Below are positions 43,873 through 53,176 of a stretch of 64,000 nucleotides of DNA, piece by piece. The stretch comes from Candidatus Krumholzibacteriota bacterium (lineage in GTDB: Bacteria; Krumholzibacteriota; Krumholzibacteriia; JAJRXK01). Each line of letters opens with the position of its first letter. Within the stretch, counting starts at the first letter, position 1. Location: positions 640,001 through 704,000 of the forward strand of contig CAVXTH010000006.1 of NCBI GenBank assembly GCA_963764625.1, in the 5' to 3' direction. The translations under genes and the position numbers were made by a program. The notes under the pieces are model-generated. The model was not told the DNA's origin and did no database searches. It was given only the letters and a program-made list of their open reading frames with translations.

Positions 43873-44544
43873 TCAGGCCTTCGGCATGAGGCGACGCAGC
43901 ACGAGCTTGGCGAGAGTTTTCAAGCCCACAGCAAAACTCTGTCCCTTGGAGAGGGAATACTCAGTGTAAATGGCCTTGATCGGAATCTCGACCAGCTTCA
44001 GCTTGTGCCGGCGCGATTCTGCAATGATCTCCGAAGAAACCTCCATTCGATTAGTTCTGATCTCGATCTTCTGTAGGGCTTCACGGCGAAACCCGCGGTA
44101 CCCCGATTGTGAGTCCGTTACCCAGGCACCGAAGAGAACAAGGGTGACCAGGTTTCCCACCCAGTTCGCGATCTGTCGCTTCTTGGGCATCCCGCGTGGA
44201 TCGAGCAGTCTGGAGCCGATGACGACATCCGCTCCTTCGCGGATAGCCGCCACGAAACGGGGGATGTCTTCTGGATCGTGCTGTCCGTCGGCATCGAGAC
44301 AGATGATCGCTTCGCCTCCGCGAGCCAGGGCCGCGGCGAAGCCCGTGCCCAGCGTGGCTCCGAGTCCTCGATTGATGACGTGCCGAACGAGAATCGCGTG
44401 TCCCGCGAGCGCGACCTGACTGGTCCCATCCTTGGAGCCGTCGTCGACGACCACGACCTCGTCGACCATGGGCGTGACGCGTTCCAGGACTTCCGGGAGA
44501 GTAGATTCTTCATTGAAGGCGGGGATCACCGCAATGGTCCTCAT
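43873..44544 (-). CDS. GT2 polyprenol-phosphate glycosyltransferase (DPM synthase-like)
   Basis: Motifs IPAFNEE, VVDDGSKDGT, NRGLG, DADGQH, VIGSR, DSQSGYR. Confidence 0.92.
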   Translation of the reverse strand: MRTIAVIPAFNEESTLPEVLERVTPMVDEVVVVDDGSKDGTSQVALAGHAILVRHVINRGLGATLGTGFAAALARGGEAIICLDADGQHDPEDIPRFVAAIREGADVVIGSRLLDPRGMPKKRQIANWVGNLVTLVLFGAWVTDSQSGYRGFRREALQKIEIRTNRMEVSSEIIAESRRHKLKLVEIPIKAIYTEYSLSKGQSFAVGLKTLAKLVLRRLMPKA

Positions 44545-44550
44545 GCATCG

Positions 44551-44579
44551 ATTGTAGACGGGCTGTGGAGGCGAAGCAA
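44551..44579 (-). promoter_or_regulatory. Sigma70-type promoter for a probably leaderless GT2 mRNA
   Basis: Minus strand: TTGCTT, 17 bp, TACAAT, 6 nt, then ATG at 44544. Confidence 0.5.
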
Positions 44580-44807
44580 GCGGCGGCCTGGAACCAGCGA
44601 TTCGGGGCACGAACGCATCGTCCAAGGACGCGCCTTTCACGGACTTGCGGCGGGCGGGTCGAGGGGGGCCTCATACTTTCTTGTGCTTCCTCGAGGGGCC
44701 TTCTCCCGAAGCGAATCCGCCTACCTCCGGGCCGAGCGGGTGTGCTAGTCTCCAGCCCGTTTCGGGGGCCGTGCGAGTCCGCTGGCGAGAAAGGACGAGA
44801 GCCGGGG

Positions 44808-45851
44808 ATGAGAGTCCTGCTGATTTCCGAGCGCTGGGAGAGCGTAATTGACGAAGGCATGCTAGTCTTCCTCGATCGATTCGCCCGATTCCTCAAGACC
44901 AGATTTCCTCTCCTGATCGTCCACGAGAGGGGAAGTGGGGCCGACGATCTGCCTCTGCGCCGTTTGCGTTTGGGGAAGGCACTCGTTACCCCCGCGCTCC
45001 AGGAATGCCTTGAGAGCTTCCGCCCCGAGTTGGTCCTCTACTGTCCCACGGCCTGCGCGACTTTCAATGCGCTGGTGAGGCATTCCCGACTCAGTCGGGC
45101 GTACCGGGGAGTTCCCTGTGCGCTCTTGAGTCTCCAGAGCCGGGAGTACACTTGGTGGCAGCGGCCTCTTCTGCGTTACGTGCGGCCGTGGCGACTGGTG
45201 GTGCTTTCGCGAGCGCAGGAACTCGCTGCCCGGGATCATGGGTTTCCAACGCTCGCGATGCGCGCGGGAGTCGACCTCGACCGCTTTCGGCCGACACCAG
45301 ACGACGAGCGAGTTCGGCTCCGTCAGAAGTTTGGTTGGCCACAGGAGAAGAGAGTGATCCTGCACGTGGGTCATCTGTGTTCCGGCCGCGGTCTGCGGGC
45401 GCTGAAAAGTTTGGCTGGACAGCAAGGGCTTCACCTCGTCCTGGCGGCGAGCACGGCGAATCCGGCCAACGAATCTCTGAAGAGAGAGTTGGAGCAGGCG
45501 GGCGTCGAGGTTCACCATGAATACCTTCCCCGCATCGAGGATTTGTATCGGGCCGCCGACCTCTATCTGTTTCCAGTGAGGGAAGGGAGCGGGAGCATCG
45601 AGTTCCCCCTGTCGGTGCTGGAAGCGATGGCCTGCAATCTTCCGGTAGTGACCACTCCGTTCGGCGCGTTGGCGGAGAACTTCCTCGCTGGCGACGGGCT
45701 GCAGTATTTTCAGACGCCGGAAAAAATCCCGGCCGCAATGGACGCGGTGCTGTCGGCGCGAACCGACACTCGGGCGAAGGTGGAGGGCTTCAGCTGGGAG
45801 GCTGGTATGGAGACGCTGATGTCCGCATTGCGTGAGGCGATGAACTCGTGA
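44808..45851 (+). CDS. Glycosyltransferase family 4
   Basis: GVDLDRF, ILHVGH, EFPLSVLEAMACNLPVV. Confidence 0.88.
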   Translation: MRVLLISERWESVIDEGMLVFLDRFARFLKTRFPLLIVHERGSGADDLPLRRLRLGKALVTPALQECLESFRPELVLYCPTACATFNALVRHSRLSRAYRGVPCALLSLQSREYTWWQRPLLRYVRPWRLVVLSRAQELAARDHGFPTLAMRAGVDLDRFRPTPDDERVRLRQKFGWPQEKRVILHVGHLCSGRGLRALKSLAGQQGLHLVLAASTANPANESLKRELEQAGVEVHHEYLPRIEDLYRAADLYLFPVREGSGSIEFPLSVLEAMACNLPVVTTPFGALAENFLAGDGLQYFQTPEKIPAAMDAVLSARTDTRAKVEGFSWEAGMETLMSALREAMNS

Positions 45852-46528
45852 GTTCTACGCTGGTGTATCTTGCCGGTCTTGACGGCTCGGGAAAGAGCAC
45901 GCAGGCGCAGCTCTACGCATCCCAGGCGCGGAAACGGGGGGAAGTCTGGGATTATCGCTGGGCTCGCTGGGAGCCTTTCATCACCTCTCCCTTGATGCGT
46001 CTGGCCCGCTGGATCCTCGGACGTGGGGCCAAACGCGGATCCAGTCGGCCGCGAGACGATGCGGGATACGAGGATTTCACCCAGGGAAAGCAGCGTGTTT
46101 TCCGCAGCGCTTGGAGGCGAAAGGTGTGGACGACGGTGGTTCTGTTGGAATACCTCCCGCAGGCATGGTGGAGACTGGGGGGAAGCCGCCTTAGCGGGGA
46201 GCGGATTCTCTGCGACCGCTACCTCCCGGATCTCTGGGTCGATCTGGCGGTGAACTTCGCCAGCGGACCGGCAGGGATCGAGGCGCTGGCGCACCATCCC
46301 CTCTGTCGGCTCTTTCCCAGGATCGACAGAATGATCTTTCTGGATGTCGATCCACGAATCGGCTTCGAGCGCAAGAATGATGGAACTCCGCTTGCCTACC
46401 TGGAGGAGCGTAGGCCACTGTACCTGGCACTCGAGACCGTCTTGCCCTTTCAGCGCGTGAACGCGAATGGAAGTGTGGAAGAGGTAGCAAAAGGCCTCAG
46501 AGAAGCGATGGAACACAGGCCCGGCTGA
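45848..46528 (+). CDS. Thymidylate-kinase-like P-loop kinase
   Basis: Walker A GLDGSGKST, LCDRY, IFLDVDP; GTGA overlap. Confidence 0.8.
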   Translation: MSSTLVYLAGLDGSGKSTQAQLYASQARKRGEVWDYRWARWEPFITSPLMRLARWILGRGAKRGSSRPRDDAGYEDFTQGKQRVFRSAWRRKVWTTVVLLEYLPQAWWRLGGSRLSGERILCDRYLPDLWVDLAVNFASGPAGIEALAHHPLCRLFPRIDRMIFLDVDPRIGFERKNDGTPLAYLEERRPLYLALETVLPFQRVNANGSVEEVAKGLREAMEHRPG

Positions 46529-46593
46529 GTCGATGGCAATGTGCTAAACTCATACGACGCCTAGGCTCCCCGAAACCCCACTTCAGGTCGTAC

Positions 46594-48111
46594 ATGAAAC
46601 GCCTCATCATCATCGGAATCGACGGGATGGACGCGGACTTCGTCGCCGCCCACCCCGAGGACATGCCCAACTTCCATCGCCTTGGCGAGAGGGGATATGG
46701 GGGTGGGCTCTACACGGTGTTTCCCTCGGATTCGATTCCCTCCTGGATCACCATCTTCACCGGGATCCCACCGGTGGATCACGGCATTCTGGATGCCATC
46801 GACTACTTCAAGAAGAACTGCACCGATTTTTCGGTCGATACTTCGGTGTTCAAGGGACGCACTTTTTGGGACGTCGCTTCCGATGCCGGCAAGAGCGTGT
46901 GCATCATCAATCCCTTCATGGCGTATCCTCCCTGGCGCGTGAACGGCTGCATGGTGAGCGGGCCGGTCTTCGTGACTGATGGTAAGGAGGCCGCGTGGCC
47001 TAAGGATCTCGGAGCGGAGTTCCCGATTCCCTCCATGGGAGGAATCGTCGACTTTCCCTCCAAGGAAACCCTCCATCAGTTTCGTCGGGAAAGCATCGAG
47101 TACACCGAAACGCAGCATCGTTTCTCCTTGAAGCTGTTGCGCAAGAAGGGTCCTTTCGATCTGTTCTTCTCCACCTATCTCACGCTCGATCGAGTCCAGC
47201 ATTTCTACTGGCGCTACCACGACCAAGAGGATCCCACCTACCCTGGACCTACCGAGCACGAGGGTGTAGTTCTGGAATTCTATCGGCTCTTCGATCGTTT
47301 GGTGGGGGAGTACATGGAGGCCGCGGGAGACGAGTACGAGATCATGGTGGTGAGCGATCACGGACACGGTCGCCGCTGCACGAAAGTGGCGAACGTCAAC
47401 GAATATCTGCGACGTAAAGGCTGGCTCGAGGCGCGCGGCGGCAGCAAGAATCCGCTGAACCCGCGGCGCCTGGTGCAAAAGCTGAAGACCTCGACCTTGA
47501 ACATGCTCGATCGCCTTGATATGGCCGACGTGGCACATCGCATCGTGAAGACGGTGCCGAAGGTGCGTGAACTGAAGAAGACCTCGTTTCTGGTGGACGA
47601 GGAGAGCAACCTCGTCTTCACTCCGCGCTTCGCCGGAACCAATCCCTGTGGCGGGGTGTCCATTAACCGCGCGGTGTGCGCGGCGCGAGCGATCGATTAC
47701 GAGGAGCTGCGCGCCGAGCTGAAACGCGACCTCTTGGCCATGCGCGACGAGGGGACGGGGGAGAGCCTTTTCCAGTGGGTCTTGACGCGGGAAGAGTACG
47801 TGGGCAACGGCCAGGCCATCTCCAAGTTCCCCGATCTGGTCTTTCTGCTGAAAATGGAATACGGCACGGGATGGGATCTCTTTGGGGACATCGTGTCGAC
47901 GAACCCGACGCACCGAAAGATCTCCGGGGGCCACAAACTGCGAGGCGTGCTGTACACGAGCCTCGATCCTCACGCTGCTGAAGGGGATATCGAAGAGACA
48001 CCCGCCGTGCATGACATAGCCCCGCTGGTGCTCCACACTCTCGGCTTACCGCGCCAGCCCTGGATGCGACGAGTGGGCCACGCAAAGCCCGAGGTGGCAT
48101 GCGAATCTTGA
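46594..48111 (+). CDS. Alkaline phosphatase superfamily (type I phosphodiesterase/NPP-like) protein
   Basis: IGIDGMD, PSDSIPSWITIFTG (Ser nucleophile region), DRVQH, SDHGH, SGGH. Confidence 0.87.
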   Translation: MKRLIIIGIDGMDADFVAAHPEDMPNFHRLGERGYGGGLYTVFPSDSIPSWITIFTGIPPVDHGILDAIDYFKKNCTDFSVDTSVFKGRTFWDVASDAGKSVCIINPFMAYPPWRVNGCMVSGPVFVTDGKEAAWPKDLGAEFPIPSMGGIVDFPSKETLHQFRRESIEYTETQHRFSLKLLRKKGPFDLFFSTYLTLDRVQHFYWRYHDQEDPTYPGPTEHEGVVLEFYRLFDRLVGEYMEAAGDEYEIMVVSDHGHGRRCTKVANVNEYLRRKGWLEARGGSKNPLNPRRLVQKLKTSTLNMLDRLDMADVAHRIVKTVPKVRELKKTSFLVDEESNLVFTPRFAGTNPCGGVSINRAVCAARAIDYEELRAELKRDLLAMRDEGTGESLFQWVLTREEYVGNGQAISKFPDLVFLLKMEYGTGWDLFGDIVSTNPTHRKISGGHKLRGVLYTSLDPHAAEGDIEETPAVHDIAPLVLHTLGLPRQPWMRRVGHAKPEVACES

Positions 48112-49340
48112 TGGCGAACACCTACCACTATCTCCGAGGTGGAGATAGCGCGTACGCGTTGGGAATTTCCTCCGCATTGGAGGAGGCGGGGCATGAGGTG
48201 ATACCCTTCGCGATGCAAGGGGATGCCAATCTTTCCTCCGACGCCGCGAGTTACTTCGCACCCGAGCTGGACTATCCCGCCTTGCAAGAGGAGGGGGGAC
48301 TCGCGAATTCGTGGAAAGTTGTCAGCAACTCGATCTACAATCGTCAGGCGAGGCGCAATCTCCAGAGGCTTCTCGATGAGAGGCGCGTGGACATAGTCCA
48401 TCTCCACTCGATCATGCATCATCTCACCGCCTCGATCGTCCTGGAGTGTCGCCAGCGCGACCTGCCCGTGGTGTGGACGCTCCACGATGCAAAGGCGTGT
48501 TGCCCCACCACGAGATTCATGCGCAAAGGGAAGATCTGTCACGATTGCGCTCAGGGACGGTTTTATCGCGCGGTGACCACTCGCTGTAAGCGCGGCAGTC
48601 TGGCGGCGTCGGCAATCGTCGCTCTCGAGCTCTACCTCCATCGCTGGTGGAAGATCTACGAGAAGGCAGACCTCCTCTTGGCTCCCAGTCGATTTCTACG
48701 CGATCTCCTGGTGGCCACCGGGCTTCGCCCACGACGCTTCGAGGTCCTGCCAAACTTCGTCGAGGTCGGGAAGTTCGATCCGGCACCCCCCGACGGCAGC
48801 TATGCGCTCTACCTGGGTCGACTCTCCCCGGAGAAAGGTCTGGAAACGCTCTTGCAGGCCGCGGCCCTCGAACCGCGGGTTCCCCTGCGAATCGTGGGCA
48901 CGGGGGAGATGGAACCGTATCTCAGGGGCCAGTGCGAAGCGCTCGGCCTGGACCACCTGCGGTTCGAGGGACACCTCGACGGCCCCGCTGTCCGCGAGTT
49001 GCTGTACGGGGCCAAATGTCTCGTCCTCCCTAGCATATGCGATGAGAATTGCCCTCTGTCGGTGCTCGAATCCTTCGCGGCCGGCCGGCCGGTACTTGCA
49101 AGCCGATGCGGGGGAATCCCCGAGCTGGTGGAAGAGGGAGTGACCGGTCGTCTCGTCGAACCGGGCAGCGCCGAGGCAATCGCCCGCGGTCTGAAGGATC
49201 TGGTGGAACGGCCGGAGGAATGGCGGGCCATGGGACAGAGAGCGAGAGCAGTTGCAGATCGCAGTTATGACAAGGGACAACACATCGAAACGCTGACTGA
49301 GCTCTATCGCTCAGTTTTGGTTCAGCGGAACCACGGCTGA
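48099..49340 (+). CDS. Glycosyltransferase family 4
   Basis: YLRGG, WTLHD, Cys-containing insert, GRLSPEKG, ENCPLSVLES. Confidence 0.92.
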   Translation: MRILMANTYHYLRGGDSAYALGISSALEEAGHEVIPFAMQGDANLSSDAASYFAPELDYPALQEEGGLANSWKVVSNSIYNRQARRNLQRLLDERRVDIVHLHSIMHHLTASIVLECRQRDLPVVWTLHDAKACCPTTRFMRKGKICHDCAQGRFYRAVTTRCKRGSLAASAIVALELYLHRWWKIYEKADLLLAPSRFLRDLLVATGLRPRRFEVLPNFVEVGKFDPAPPDGSYALYLGRLSPEKGLETLLQAAALEPRVPLRIVGTGEMEPYLRGQCEALGLDHLRFEGHLDGPAVRELLYGAKCLVLPSICDENCPLSVLESFAAGRPVLASRCGGIPELVEEGVTGRLVEPGSAEAIARGLKDLVERPEEWRAMGQRARAVADRSYDKGQHIETLTELYRSVLVQRNHG

Positions 49341-49349
49341 GGTTGCAAC

Positions 49350-50462
49350 GTGCGCGTTACTTTCGTTTCCCCTCCTCTGTACGCTATGCACACCCGCCCC
49401 GACCTGCATTTTGCGGGTGGAGCGGAATTCCAGCAACTCTCGCTTGCACGTTGGATGCGCGACAATGGGCATGAGGTGTCCTTCGTGGTTGGAGACTTTG
49501 GGCAGAATGAAGTCGAGACGGTGGAGGGCTTTCATTTCTACCGTGCATTTGAGATTGGGGTGGGGAACCGCAAGTTGCGATTCATCCCCGATATGCTCAA
49601 GTTGAGAGACGCGATTCGACAAAGTCGCCCCCAGCTCGTAAATCAACGTTCAACCTCGTTCTACACGGGCCAGTGCTGTTGGTTCAGCCACCAGTGCGAT
49701 GCCGCATTCACCTTCTCCTTGGGAATCGACTACAACTGCTGGCCCGATCTCCAAGGCCGCGCGCCGAAGATCATACAGCACATGTATCGTTGGGGCGTGG
49801 AACACGCCGAACTCGTGTTGGCACAGACGAAGAACCAATGCACACTGATGGAGCAGAATTTTCGCTGTCACCCTGAGGTTCTACCCAATGTGCTTGCCAT
49901 CCCGGAGCCCCGGGTACCTGACGAGGAGAGAGACTACGTCCTGTGGGTGGGCAGCCTGGCGAAGCGCAAACGACCTGAGATCTTTCTCGAGCTCGCCCGC
50001 TCGCTCGCCCAACAGACTTTTGTCCTGGTTGGTGGACCGGGGGAAGATGAGGGCTACGACGAGCAGATGAGACTGATCGCCCAGAAAATCCCCAACCTCG
50101 AATGGCGTGGCTTCGTACCACCACAGGAAATGGACACGATCTACCGTCACGCGCGTTTGCTCGTGGGAACTTCGAGATTGGAGGGGCTCCCGAACACCTA
50201 TCTACAGAGCTGGTCCCATGGAGTGCCCGTCATTTCGGTGAGCGTGGATCCGGATCAGGTCATCGTCCAGAAGGAACTGGGAGAATTGGTAGGGGAAGAG
50301 GGTGACCTGGAATCTGTCGTTCGCATTTGGCTAGACGACTCGAGTCGGCGGCACCGAGCTGGCCAGCGCGGGTATGAACACGTGCGCGAGATCCATGACA
50401 TCGAGCGCGTCGCGCCCAGAGCGGTCGAGTTCTTCGAGCAAGCGATGGCGCAGCATGACTGA
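49350..50462 (+). CDS. Glycosyltransferase family 4
   Basis: GGAEFQ, WVGSLAKRKRPE, EGLPNTYLQSW. Confidence 0.9.
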   Translation: MRVTFVSPPLYAMHTRPDLHFAGGAEFQQLSLARWMRDNGHEVSFVVGDFGQNEVETVEGFHFYRAFEIGVGNRKLRFIPDMLKLRDAIRQSRPQLVNQRSTSFYTGQCCWFSHQCDAAFTFSLGIDYNCWPDLQGRAPKIIQHMYRWGVEHAELVLAQTKNQCTLMEQNFRCHPEVLPNVLAIPEPRVPDEERDYVLWVGSLAKRKRPEIFLELARSLAQQTFVLVGGPGEDEGYDEQMRLIAQKIPNLEWRGFVPPQEMDTIYRHARLLVGTSRLEGLPNTYLQSWSHGVPVISVSVDPDQVIVQKELGELVGEEGDLESVVRIWLDDSSRRHRAGQRGYEHVREIHDIERVAPRAVEFFEQAMAQHD

Positions 50463-51591
50463 GGGACCTTTGCGCATCGCAATTCTCGGCACGCGAGGGC
50501 TTCCGCCTCGGTACGGCGGGCGAGAGACTGCCGCGGACGAGATCGGGCGGCGCTTGGTAGCGCGCGGCCACGAAGTGCTCGTTTACTCTCGGAACTACAA
50601 CGCTCCGTCACCTCGACCTCGAGAGTACGGTGGAATCCGCCTGGTTTACCTGCCTTCGATTCGAACCAAGAACTTCGATACACCGTTCCACCTCGCGCTG
50701 TCCCTCGTACACCTCCTCTTGCGGGAAAGGTCAGAGGTCGTGGTCCTGAGTGGATCAGGAACCTCCTTTGCGATTCCGATACTTCATCTGTTTGGCAAGA
50801 AGACGGTCATGTGGGTGGATGGGAAGGCGTGGACCCGCGGGAAGTGGGGGCGCATTGCACAATGGTATCTGAAGCGCTCTGCGCGCTATGGGGTCGCGCA
50901 CAGCGACGCCATCATTACGGACACCCCGCTTGCTCATCGCTTCTATTTGGAGGAAATGGGCATAGAAACCAACTGCATCCCCTATGGGGCGCAGGTGGAA
51001 CCAGTTGGGGGCACGGAGACTCTCGAACGATTTGGGCTGGTCCCGGGTGAGTACGTACTTTTCGTGGGACGGCTCGTGCCGGAGAAAGGCGTTCAGTATC
51101 TCATCGAGGCGTATGAGAAAATCGACACTCCCAGGAAACTGGTGATCGTCGGTGACGATCCCTATCAGCCCGAGTTCATCTGCGAACTCAAGAGTACCAT
51201 GGACCCACGCATCCTTTTCACCGGGTATGTCTTCGGAAGCGGGTTCCACCAGCTCATGCGCAATTGCCGAGTCTACGTACAGCCGAGCGAGGTCGAGGGG
51301 ACAAGCCCTGTCCTCCTCAGTGCGATGGCCTACGGCCGTGCTGTAGTGGTCAACGGGATTCCCGAAAATCTCAATACGATCGGTGAGGCAGGAATCTCCT
51401 TCGAACCGAGCAACTCGCGTGATCTGCAAGCGAAGTTAGAAGATATTCTCGAGGATGACGCTCGACTGCAAGATTTGGGAAAACAAGCTGTCAATCGAGT
51501 GCGCTTGCACTACGACTGGGAGCCGATCACCGATAGCTTCGAGGAACTCTTGCTCTCTCTCCACAGGAGCGTGCGGCGTGAAGCGGACTGA
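50455..51591 (+). CDS. Glycosyltransferase family 4 (DUF1972-type)
   Basis: ILGTRGLPPRYGG, IPYG, VGRLVPEKG, EGTSPVLLSAM. Confidence 0.9.
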   Translation: MTEGPLRIAILGTRGLPPRYGGRETAADEIGRRLVARGHEVLVYSRNYNAPSPRPREYGGIRLVYLPSIRTKNFDTPFHLALSLVHLLLRERSEVVVLSGSGTSFAIPILHLFGKKTVMWVDGKAWTRGKWGRIAQWYLKRSARYGVAHSDAIITDTPLAHRFYLEEMGIETNCIPYGAQVEPVGGTETLERFGLVPGEYVLFVGRLVPEKGVQYLIEAYEKIDTPRKLVIVGDDPYQPEFICELKSTMDPRILFTGYVFGSGFHQLMRNCRVYVQPSEVEGTSPVLLSAMAYGRAVVVNGIPENLNTIGEAGISFEPSNSRDLQAKLEDILEDDARLQDLGKQAVNRVRLHYDWEPITDSFEELLLSLHRSVRREAD

Positions 51592-51694
51592 CGATCGGCC
51601 GAACTCGCGGAACCGGCGGGGAAGACTCGAAGGCACACCTCACGGTGGAGAATACTATTGCCCTCACAGCCACGCTTCAGGTAGCATCGTAAGT

Positions 51695-52411
51695 GTGCTA
51701 AAGGAACATCAGAAGCTTCAAGAAACGGTCGACTCCGTACTGCTTGGAAAGCCACGGCCACGGGTGCTCGAGGCTGGCTGCGGTTCGTTGAGCCACGTGC
51801 GGTTTCCGGCCGACACCCAGCTGGTTGGGATCGACATCTCGCAAGGTCAACTGGATAGAAATAAGGGCCTCCACGAGAGAATCTTGGGGGATGTGCAAAC
51901 CTATCAGCTCGAGCCCGAGAGTTTCGATGGAATTGTCTGTTGGGACGTTCTCGAGCACCTCGAGGCACCGGAAAAAGCGCTGGAGAGATTCTCCGAGGGA
52001 ATTCGAGCTGGCGGTGTTATCATCCTCTCCGCTCCAAATCCGCTCTCCACCAAGGGCCTGGTGACCAAACTTACGCCCTACGTGTTTCACCTGTGGTTTT
52101 ACCGCAAGATCCGTGGATGGAAGCAGGCGGGAACGGCGGGCAATCCGCCTTTTCCCACCTACTTGAGGCTCTCGATGGCTCCGAAATCCATCGAAAGATT
52201 CGCCGCACGCCAGGGTCTCCACGTGCTGTATCGAAGCGTGGCCGGATATGGGGACTCGAGGGACGTGATGGGTCGGAAAAGCCGGAAAGTGGATATGGTG
52301 ATGGTCGTGCTCAACTCCCTGCTACGAGTTCTCAGTTTGGGTACGATCCAGCCAGAGGCGACACAGCTGTATTTCGTGCTTCAGAAGCCTCCCGCGGCAT
52401 CGAGCGCCTGA
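51695..52411 (+). CDS. Class I SAM-dependent methyltransferase
   Basis: VLEAGCG, GIDIS, FDGIVCWDVLEHL, GGVIILSAPN; start uncertain (GTG 51578 or 51695). Confidence 0.85.
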   Translation: MLKEHQKLQETVDSVLLGKPRPRVLEAGCGSLSHVRFPADTQLVGIDISQGQLDRNKGLHERILGDVQTYQLEPESFDGIVCWDVLEHLEAPEKALERFSEGIRAGGVIILSAPNPLSTKGLVTKLTPYVFHLWFYRKIRGWKQAGTAGNPPFPTYLRLSMAPKSIERFAARQGLHVLYRSVAGYGDSRDVMGRKSRKVDMVMVVLNSLLRVLSLGTIQPEATQLYFVLQKPPAASSA

Positions 52412-52429
52412 ACTCAAGTCTGTCTGTCC

Positions 52430-52990
52430 TCACAGCAGATTGCTCGGCTGCCAACCCATACGCCTCGCGGTCTCGGTGAAGGCGCGGGTCAGCTTGGTGT
52501 TCAGGCGCCGGTAGAACGGCCGCGCCAACAACCACAGCATGACCGCGTAGATCAGGTACACAGTACCCAGATTGATATAGTTCGGACGCGCCTTCGACTG
52601 GAGGTACCCGATGGGCATGTCGAAGCTCCAGTAGGTGAGGCCGCTCCAGGCCACGGCAAGGGGGTGAAGCCAGTTTATATTGATCGCCCACAGCGCGTTC
52701 ACCGCCAACATTAGACTCGTAATGGAGAGCAGCTTGGCGAGGAAGGGGCGTCGGCACAGGCCCACGAGACCCAGAAAGATGGCCAGGAGCAACGCGCCGT
52801 GTTGTGCCAGCTTTTGTAGCTCCCATACCCAGAAGCCCAGGTAGATCTTGTACCACACATAGTCCGGCGTGGTCGGTAAGAGCCAAAAAACTCGAACCAT
52901 CAAAACCAGCAAGACGGAGTAGACCGGCAGCAACCGGTAGCGGTCACAATCCGCAATGTGGGAAGCGGCACGTTGCAACCAGTGTCGCAT
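52430..52990 (-). CDS. Hypothetical membrane protein (about 4 TM)
   Basis: Hydrophobic 186-aa ORF that fills the gap between two plus-strand genes; AGGTGAG RBS-like sequence upstream. Confidence 0.6.
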   Translation of the reverse strand: MRHWLQRAASHIADCDRYRLLPVYSVLLVLMVRVFWLLPTTPDYVWYKIYLGFWVWELQKLAQHGALLLAIFLGLVGLCRRPFLAKLLSITSLMLAVNALWAININWLHPLAVAWSGLTYWSFDMPIGYLQSKARPNYINLGTVYLIYAVMLWLLARPFYRRLNTKLTRAFTETARRMGWQPSNLL

Positions 52991-53176
52991 GACAACTCAC
53001 CTTTCTCAGGAGCGGCATGGGCTCCTCGGGTACCATGAGAAAGGGATGAACTCGGCAAGAGGGTGAAACCGCAAGATCCGTACGCCACCGATCCACGCTG
53101 GCAATGCGGAGCTTGCATGCTATGCTCGTTGCCCTTTCGCCTTCGATACGGCTTTCCCTCTTGAGGAGATCTTCGG

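Noticed and set aside
46561-48036. 491-aa minus-strand ORF
   Set aside because: Antisense shadow of the AlkP-family gene.
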